DNA of 64,000 nucleotides, taken from positions 37,277 to 101,276 of the forward strand of contig CAVOTQ010000017.1 in the NCBI GenBank assembly GCA_963699385.1, read 5' to 3'. Below the pieces are notes generated by a model. The model had not been told where the DNA came from. It worked only from the letters and a program-made list of their open reading frames with translations, and did not search any database. The stretch comes from an uncultured Acidobacteriota bacterium. GTDB lineage: Bacteria > Acidobacteriota > Terriglobia > Terriglobales > Acidobacteriaceae. A program made the position numbers and the translations under genes. Below are positions 56,116 through 64,000 of this stretch, piece by piece. Within the stretch, counting starts at the first letter, position 1; the number at the start of each line of letters is the position of its first letter.

Positions 56116-57107
56116 TCACTGCTGCTGTTGCTGCTGCATCTGCTGCATGTCGATGAAGGGGACGGCGGGCTCGGGCGGCTGCTGCGCGCGCTCCACCAGC
56201 ACGCTCCAGTCTTCGGGGATGGGCAGCTTGCGATCGAGCGGAGGCGGAGTGTCGCCGGCCTCCACCTGCACGGCCACGTAGAGCTCGCTGGCGGTCTTGC
56301 CGCGGAAGACGCCGTGGGTAGGCGGAACATCGGCATAATCGCGGCCCACGGCGGTGCGAATGTGGCGATGATGCGCGACGAGATTGTTGGTCGGGTCGAT
56401 GCCCACCCAGCCGAGATGCGGCATCAACGCCTCGACCCAGGCGTGCGTGGCGTCGGGCGTGGAGCGGTCGTGATCCTCGCGGCCGCGATAAAGATAGCCC
56501 GATACATAGCGCGCAGGAATGCGCACGTGGCGCAGCAGCGCGATCATGGTGTGCGCAAAATCCTGGCACACGCCTTTGCCGCTGACGATGGCCTCGTCGA
56601 TGGGCGAGTCGACGCGCGTGTGACTGGGCACGTATTCGAAGTAGTTGAAGAGGCGCTGATTCAGCTCCAGCACGAGCATCAGGGGATCGTCGCGGCGGGT
56701 CACGCCCATCTGCTTGAGCGAGCAACGTCACCGCGGGAGTTTCAACGGCGAAGGTGCTGGGCAGCAGCATCTCCCAGTAGTCGCCTGCGTCGATGAGTTC
56801 GTCGAGCTCGCTCCACGCGTCGGGCGCGAGGAACTCCGGAACGTCGGGCAGGGGCTGCTGCTCGACGACGGATTCGGCCACGATGACGAGCTGGTTGTGC
56901 TCGCCGGGAATATCGAAGTGCTGCACATTATTGCCCAGGTGGTCGCGGTAGCTGAAGACGCGGCAACGCGGGCTCACGGAGAGCGAGAAGGTGAGGCAAT
57001 GCTGGCTCGCGTCGGAGCGCGGGTGCATGCGCGTCTCCATGATGCTCTCGCTGATGGGGCTGCGAGTAGCGGAAGCGCGTGAGGTGCCGGATGGAGTAGA
57101 AGTTCAT
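56116..57107 (-). CDS. Bacterial transglutaminase-like protein with poly-Gln tail, frameshifts near 57057 and 56720
   Basis: YSIRHLTRFRY N-domain; GVCQDFAH, ARYVSGY, THAWVE, DPTN, GRDYADVPP; ends MQQMQQQQQQ. Confidence 0.9.
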
Positions 57108-57157
57108 AAATGCAGCTTTCAGCTTTCAGCTGTCAGCTATTCGCTCCTTAAGTGAAA

Positions 57158-58121
57158 CTAAACAGCCAGCGCGGATTGAATGGAGTAGTGCACATAATAG
57201 CGGTAGATGAGTTCGTGAATGCGCAGGCACTGTTCGCGGATGGTATGAAGAAGCCGGCTGTGTCGCCGGCGAGGATTTCGTCGATGGTTGTGTAGCCGAG
57301 CATGGCGTGCAGCTTGCCGATGCCGGCGATCAGTTCCTCGGGCGGGCGGCGGCCGCCGGTGTGCTGGATGCCTCGATGGCCTGCGCGTGCCTGTCGACGC
57401 AGTAGCGGATGGCGTGGGGAAAGTCGCGGTTGAGCAGCAGGAACTCGAGCATGCGGTCGGGCGAGAGATCGGCGGTGTACACCTGGCAGTAGGCTTCGAA
57501 CGACGTGCAGCAGCGCAGCAGGCCGACCAACTCGAGATACAGATAGCCGGATGCTTCGCGCTCTTGCGGAGGAAAAAGATCGGGCTGATAGACCTCGAGC
57601 AGCGTGGCCGTGGCGTAGGCGCGTTCAAGATAGCGGCCGAGGCGGATAAACTGCCAGCCCTGGCCGTGAATCATGGTGGTGTCGGTGGTGCCTTTGAAGA
57701 GATAGATGCCGTCGATGATTGCGGCGAGCGGTCGCTGATGCTGGAGCGGAACTGCGACTGCGCGTGCGGCGAGTGAATCTGGTGATAGAGCCGGTTGAGG
57801 CGCTGCCACTGCTCGGTGGAGATTTCTTCGCGCACCTGGCGGGCATTTTCGCGCGCGCCGTTGACGCAGTAGGTGACAGAGGCTGCGGCTGAGATTGTCG
57901 AAGACCAGCTTGCTGCGCCATCGCCTCGAGATGCTGCCGTTCCACTCCATCTCCGCCGGCTTGCCCAGCGCGGCCATCATGCGCTGCCAGCGCGTTTCCA
58001 CGTTGGCGCCGCCGGTGTCGAGCATCAGGCTCATGGTCACGTCGAGCTGGCGCACGGTATTCTCCGCCCGCTCCAGGTAGCGGCTCATCCAGTAGAGGCT
58101 GTCGGCAACGCGCGATAGCAT
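57158..58121 (-). CDS. Alpha-E domain protein (DUF403), several frameshifts
   Basis: [21 protein letters not shown] and second ER repeat LGRYLERA; FPHAIRYC. Confidence 0.9.
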
Positions 58122-58160
58122 GTCTGTCTCTCTCTTCCGGATCCGATTTTCTCGACCCGA

Positions 58161-59626
58161 CTATTCCAGAACCCATGTGTCCTTGCTGCCGCCGCCCTGC
58201 GAGGAGTTGACCACCAGCGAGCCTTTTTCCAGAGCCACGCGGGTCAGTCCGCCGGGCACGATGTTGACCTTGTCGCCAAAGAGAATGTAGGGCCGCAGAT
58301 CCACGTGGCGCGGCTCCAGCCGGTCGCCGATGAGGCAGGGCGCGCGCGAAAAATCGAGCGTGGGCTGGGCAATGTAGTTGCGCGGATTGGCTTCGATCTG
58401 CCGCGCGAACTCCTCGCGCTGCGCGCGCCGTCGAGTGCGGGCCGATCAGCATGCCGTAGCCGCCGCTCTCGCCCACCGCCTTCACCACCAGCTTGTCGAG
58501 ATTGGCCAGCACGTGCTTGCGCTCCTTCTCTTCGCTCAGCAGAAAGGTCTCCACGTTGGGCAGGATCGGATCTTCGTTCAGGTAGTAGCGGATCATGTCG
58601 CGGCACATAGGCGTAGACCGCCTTGTCGTCGGCCAGGCCGGTGCCGAAGGCGTTGGTCACCGTCACGTTGCCGGCGCGATAGGCGTTGAACAGGCCCGCG
58701 CAGCCCAGCGACGAGTCGGCGCGGAAGACCAGCGGATCGCTGAAGTCGTCGTCGACGCGGCGATAGATCACGTCGACGCGCTTGAGGCCGTCGGTGGTGC
58801 GCATGTAGACGATGTTGTCGTGCGTGACCAGGTCGCGGCCTTCCACCAGGTCGATGCCCATCTGGCGCGCGAGATAGGTGTGCTCGAAGTAGGCGGAGTT
58901 GAAGACGCCCGGCGTGAGCAGCACGATGTTCGGCTCGGGCCGGCCTTCGGGCGCGAGCGAGCGCAGCGTGGCCAGCAGCAACTGCGGATAGTGCTCGATG
59001 GGCCGCACGCCGTAGCTCGCGAAAGAGCTGCGGAAAGGTCCGCTTCATCACGCGGCGGTTGGTGAGCATGTAGCTGACGCCCGAGGGCACGCGCAGGTTG
59101 TCTTCGAGCACCACGAACTCGCCGGTGTTCAGGCGCAGCAGGTCGGAGCCGACGACGGCGATGTAGACGTTGCGCGGCACCTGCAAGTCCGCGCATCTGC
59201 CGCCGGTAGTGCTTGCAGCTGTAGACCAGCTCGCGCGGGATGACGCGGTCGTTGAGGATCTTGGCGTCGGAGTAGACGTCGCGCAGAAAAAGATTGAGCG
59301 CGGTGATGCGCTGCGTCAGCCCGCGCTCGATGCGGTCCCACTCCTGCGCGGTGATCAGCCGCGGCAGCAGGTCGTAGGGGAAGATGCGCTCGGTGCCCTC
59401 TTCGCGGCCGTAGACGGTGAAGGTGATGCCCTGGGTGAGGAAGGCGAGGTCGGCCGACTGCTTGCGCCGCTGCAACTCGTCCGGCAGGCAGCGTGGCCAG
59501 GGTCTCGGCCAGCGCGCGGTAGTGCGGCCGCACTTCGCCGCTGGGCTCGCGCATCTCGTCGAAGGCCTGGTCGAGCGGGTAGTCTCCGAAGAGCGGTTCG
59601 AGCTCCACTGGATGGCTTGCGCTCAT
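58161..59626 (-). CDS. Circularly permuted type 2 ATP-grasp protein, several frameshifts
   Basis: [77 protein letters not shown]. Confidence 0.92.
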
Positions 59627-59693
59627 GGTCGGGTCGAGAACCTTCCTTCCAGCGGATTCGAGGAATCGGCTAAGGGGCTAGCGCAAAGTAAAG

Positions 59694-59710
59694 TGCACGG
59701 CGAATGCCGG
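59694..59710 (-). promoter_or_regulatory. Putative sigma-54 promoter
   Basis: Minus strand CCGGCATTCGCCGTGCA = GG-N10-GC, ~68 bp upstream of the ATP-grasp start. Confidence 0.45.
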
Positions 59711-59810
59711 CGTCGATTTTTGAGCAAGCTCCGCCCGTGTCCTGTTCTTTTGGTTCTATCACGCGGGGGATAAAGGAGCCATCAGGAAACGCGGACCCGC
59801 TGAGAAGGGC

Positions 59811-59848
59811 AAAAAGACAGCGGCGCGACCGATTGGCCGCGCCGCTGG
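59811..59848 (-). terminator. Intrinsic terminator after glutamine synthetase
   Basis: cagcggcgcg-accgattggc-cgcgccgctg hairpin with tctttt on the minus strand. Confidence 0.7.
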
Positions 59849-59913
59849 CTTGCTCATTGCTGCCGGACCGGAACCGGGAGCCAGCGGCTGGTATCGACTA
59901 CTTGGTCGGCACT

Positions 59914-60928
59914 TTACTTGGTCGGAACCTCGGCGGTCGTCTTCACAATCTGGGAAACGATCTGGTAAGGATCGGCTTCGGAGTTGGGACGGCGATCTTC
60001 AAGGTAGCCCTTGTAGCCGTTCTTGATGAAGTTGACAGGCAGACGGACGGAAGCGCCGCGATCCGAGAGGCCGTAGCTGAACTTGTCGATGGCCTGGGTC
60101 TCGTGAAGGCCGGTGAGGCGCAGATGGTTGTCCGGGCCGTAGACCGCGATGTGATCGGGAATATTCTTCTCGAAGGCCTTCATCAGGGCCTCGAGATATT
60201 CCTTGCCGCCCACTTCGCGCAGGTACTTGGAAGAGAAGTTGGTGTGCATGCCGGAGCCGTTCCAGTCGCCCTTGATCGGCTTGCAATGCAACTGCACGTC
60301 GACTTCGTACTTCTCGCAAAGGCGCGCCATCAGATAGCGCGCGGTCCACAGGTCATCGGCAGCCTTGTGCGAGCCCTTGCCGAAGATCTGGTATTCCCAC
60401 TGGCCCTTGGCCACTTCGGCGTTGATGCCTTCGTGGTTGATGCCGGCGTAGAGGCAAAGGTCGAGATGCTCCTCGACGATGGTGCGGGCGATCGAGCCCA
60501 TGTACTTGTAGCCGACGCCGCAATAGTAGGGGCCCTGCGGCGCCGGGGTAGCCGTTCTCGGGGAAGCCGAGCGGACGGCCATCCTTATAGAGGAAGTACT
60601 CCTGCTCAAAGCCGAACCAAAGATCCGGATCGTCGGGGGCCGTGGCGCGCATGTTGGTGGGGTGCGGCGTGCCGTCGGGGAGCATGACTTCGCTGAGCAC
60701 GATGAAGGCGTCTTTGCGGGCGGCATCGGGATAAAGAGCCACCGGCTTCAGAATGCAGTCGGACTTGTGGCCCGCAGCCTGCATGGTGGAGCTGCCGTCA
60801 AATCCCCACAGGGGCAGATCGGCCAGGGTGGGCGTTTTGTCGAATTCCTTGATATTGGTTTTGCCGCGGAGTTCGGGGATGGGCTTTTTTCCGTCGAGCC
60901 AGATGTACTCAAGTTTGTACTTTGGCAT
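59914..60928 (-). CDS. Glutamine synthetase, type II-like (~337 aa), frameshift near 60545
   Basis: LEYIWLDG, WGFDGSST, FGFEQEY, GPYYCGVG, GINAEVAKGQWEYQI, DWNGSGMH, RLTGLHET, YLEDRRP. Confidence 0.92.
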
Positions 60929-61180
60929 GGTTCTCCTTCATCGTCGGGAATTGTGGTTCAGGCCCCGGCGAAGCTGCAGTTCGCCGGTATGGGTGGGTTC
61001 ACTTACAGCATAAGATGAGGTCTGCCGGATCGTATAAGGATGGTATAAAGAAAGCGCAGAAACCGGGCAGATGCAGTGCGCTCATGCCGCGATGTGCGAC
61101 GACGCGATGCGTATGGCCGGGGAAAACCTTCCGGCTTCCGGCCTCTGTGCGCTACCCTGATCCCTCAGGAGTAATGCTCC

Positions 61181-63113
61181 GTGCGCTTGTTCCCACGCAA
61201 CTTTCAAGCCGGCTTTGTCCTTGCTTGTCTTGTTCTTTGCGCTGCCTGCGGTTGGCGCGCAAAAAGCGCCTATCCAAATTACCGCCGACCTTAGCGACGC
61301 GCCGCGCAAGCTATTTCACGCCGAAGTCGACCTGCCGGTGACGGCGGGCCCGCTGACGTTGACCACGCCGAAGTGGATTCCCGGCGAGCACATGCCCAAC
61401 GGCCCGGTGCAAGAGATCACGGGCGTGGTGTTTACCGCCAACGGCCAGACGCTCGCGTGGCGGCGCGACGACGTGGACCTTTATCAGTTCCACCTTACGA
61501 TCCCGCAGGGCGTGAGCACGCTGCACGCGCATCTGGACTGCATCGTGACCGAGCGGGTTACGCAGAAACTGGCCGCATTCGAGTGGGAAAAGCTGATGCT
61601 TTATCCGGCCAACACGCCGGTGCGCGACATTCCGATTCAGCCTTCGGTGAAGGTTCCGGCGGGATGGGGCATCGGCACCGCGCTCACGCCGGTCAGCTCC
61701 GGCTCCTACCCGGTTCCCGCGCCCGGCGCCGTGACGCAGTTTGCGGCGACGACGGTGGAGCAGCTGCAGGACTCGCCGATCCTGACGGGCGAATATTTCC
61801 ACGAGTTCCCGCTGGCTCCCGAGATCACGCCCAAACACTATATTGATGTGGTCTCGGATCTGCCGGACGACTCGAATCTGCGCCCGGCGGTGCTGGCATC
61901 GCTGAGCAACCTGGTGCGCGAGGCCGATGCGCTCTACGGTTCGCATCATTATCACGTCTATCACTTTCTGCTGACGCTTTCGGACGTGGCGGGGGAGAGG
62001 GACTGGAGCACGGCCAGTCGTCAGACAACGGCGCGGGCGAGAAGGCATTTTCTGACGACGCGCACGAGCTGGGCGATTCCGATCTGCTGTCGCACGAGTT
62101 TACGCACTCGTGGAATGGAAAGTATCGCCGTCCAGTGGGACTGTATCAGCCGGACTTCGCCACGCCGCAGCAGGGCGCGCTGCTGTGGGTGTACGAGGGC
62201 ATGACGCAATATCTGGGCAACGTGCTGGCCGCGCGCGCGGGCTTTGAGACGCAGGCGCAATATCGCGACCGGCTGGCGGAAACTGCAGCGATCCTGGACT
62301 ACACTCCCGGCCGCGAATGGCGGTCCACGGAGGACACCGCCATCGCAGCCAGCGTGGTGCGATCCTACACGCCGTGGATGAACTGGAGGCGCGGACAGGA
62401 CTACTACCATGAAGGTTAGCTGCTGTGGCTCGATGCCGATACGCTCATCCGCAAGCTGACGCAAAACCAGAAATCGCTGGGCGATTTTGAGAAGATCTTT
62501 CTGGGCAAGGGCGGAAACACGGGTCCACTCATCGTCACATACGATTTCAACGAGCTGGTGCAGGACCTGAATGCCGTTGATGCCTTACGACTGGGCGACG
62601 TTTCTGCATGATCGTATCGACAAGATCAATCCGCATGCGGATCTGGCTGGCATTGAGCAGGGTGGTTACAAGCTGGTCTACAAGGACAAGCCGAGCGCTG
62701 CGCAGCGCACCATGGCCCGGTTGCCGGCCAGACGGCGTGCAGGCAGGGATTGCTGGTTCTCGATCGGCTTGAGCGTGGGCAGCGATGGCAGCATCGTCGA
62801 TGTGCGCTGGAACGGTCCCGCCGACAAGGCGAGTTTGGCTCCCGGCGAGAAGATCATTGCTGTGAATGGGCAAATCTTTAGCAAAGAGGCCTTGCACGCA
62901 GCCATACAAGCATCCAAAGGGAACACCGAGCCGATTCATCTCATCGTGCAGGCCGACGCGTTCGTTTCCACGGCCGACATCGATTACCACGACGGCGAGC
63001 GCTACCCGGCGCTGGAGCGCGTGGAGGGCACACAGGATTACCTCGACGACATTACCAAGCCGCTGACCACGCCGGAGAAGGCGCCGGCTGAAGAGAAAGA
63101 GACGGAAGAATAA
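61181..63113 (+). CDS. M61 family glycyl aminopeptidase with PDZ domain; frameshifts and an in-frame TAG at 62417
   Basis: PKWIPGEH, LQDSPI, GLEH, LSHEFTHSWNGK (HExxH), LWVYEGMTQY, C-terminal PDZ-like; start uncertain. Confidence 0.88.
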
Positions 63114-63205
63114 GGCGGCACGATGGGCAGGGAACCGCCGCCCAGCGATCGAATTTCGGCCGCCCCTGTTGCGTCACTCCGTTGACTCAGGAGATTTTTC
63201 CCAAC

Positions 63206-64000
63206 ATGTTTCCCGTGCAACGTTCCGTCTTCTTCGTCGTGGCCGCAGCGCTTCTCGCCCTGCCGCTGTCTCGCGCTCAGCAACCTGCGTCGCAACCTGC
63301 AAGCGAAGACTTCGTCCGCGCCCATTACACCAAATATGAGTACCGCATTCCCATGCGCGACGGCGTGCGGCTGTTTACCGCTGTCTACGTGCCCAAGGCT
63401 TCGGCATTTCCAGGCGACCCTGGGCCGTACCCGTTTTTGATGGATCGCACGCCCTACAGCGTGGCTCCCTACGGCGAAGACCGTTACCCCGCGAAACTGG
63501 GACCGTCGGATGACTTCGAGAAATCCGGCTACATCTTTGTCTATCAGGATGTGCGCGGCCGCTGGATGAGCGAGGGGACGTTTGTGGAGATGCATCCGGC
63601 CATCGACGAGAAAAAATCTTCGAAGGATGTGGACGAATCCTCCGATACGTACGACACCATCGAATTTCTTCTGAAGCAAGTGCCCAACAACAACGGCAAG
63701 GTGGGCATCTGGGGCATTTCGTATCCGGGGTTCTACACTTCAGCGTCGATCATCAACTCGCATCCGGCCATTGCCGCGGCCAGCCCGCAAGCGCCCATGA
63801 CGGATCTCTTTCTGGGCGACGACTCCTATCATGGCGGCGCGTTTATGCTTTCGGCCGGCTTTGGTTTTTATGCGCCGGGCTTCCACGTGCAGCAGAATCC
63901 GACTGCAGTACCTGACGGCACATCTTTCAGCTTCGGCACGACGGACAGTTATAAGTTCTATCTCGAGGCCGGTAACATCGCAAATCTCGATAAGTTCATG
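63206..64000 (+). CDS. CocE/NonD family hydrolase (amino acid ester hydrolase-like), 3' partial
   Basis: IPMRDGVRLFT, RTPY, QDVRGR, GIWGISYPGF, DDSYHGGAF; signal peptide; AGGAG RBS. Confidence 0.92.
   Translation, partial: MFPVQRSVFFVVAAALLALPLSRAQQPASQPASEDFVRAHYTKYEYRIPMRDGVRLFTAVYVPKASAFPGDPGPYPFLMDRTPYSVAPYGEDRYPAKLGPSDDFEKSGYIFVYQDVRGRWMSEGTFVEMHPAIDEKKSSKDVDESSDTYDTIEFLLKQVPNNNGKVGIWGISYPGFYTSASIINSHPAIAAASPQAPMTDLFLGDDSYHGGAFMLSAGFGFYAPGFHVQQNPTAVPDGTSFSFGTTDSYKFYLEAGNIANLDKFM

Noticed and set aside
5944-62419. Genome-wide amber recoding or pyrrolysine
   Set aside because: TAG is the normal stop of osmC, TolC, GH2, engB, smpB and pepA here, and no pyl genes are in the window

Overview
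GC-rich bacterial chromosome segment whose gene content (Oar-type TonB receptor, secretin-cohesin T2SS cluster, Haem_bd/P460 fusion) resembles Acidobacteriota (inference). Many housekeeping genes carry single-base frameshifts (alaS, glutamine synthetase, ATP-grasp operon, TonB receptor, M61 peptidase), most likely assembly indel errors. Backbone genes: S9 peptidase, recX, alaS, mutY, TonB receptor, osmC, tRNA-Leu(CAG), GH2, engB, T2SS pseudopilins and secretin, smpB, pepA, PAS-GGDEF/motA/motB, ribulokinase, DUF3857-transglutaminase-TPR, cpATP-grasp/alpha-E/transglutaminase next to a type II-like glutamine synthetase, M61 and CocE hydrolases. An ~18.6 kb island with no recognisable integrase sits at tRNA-Leu, bounded by a duplicated tRNA 3' end at 30150-30174 and followed by ~2 kb of gene fragments. 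The island looks like one regulatory module: an OmpR-type two-component pair, two near-identical 30-bp tandem-repeat promoter boxes, a pseudo-receiver/ECF sigma pair, a cytochrome P460 fusion with DUF202/DUF302, and an RND-TolC pump preceded by a hidden (frameshift-split) membrane uORF ending in RPPP, a candidate ribosome-arrest leader. Four REP-like palindrome families occur in intergenic DNA; one is inserted in frame in alaS and another lies in frame upstream of a pseudopilin cleavage site. Functional calls come from motif recognition only; no database searches were run.
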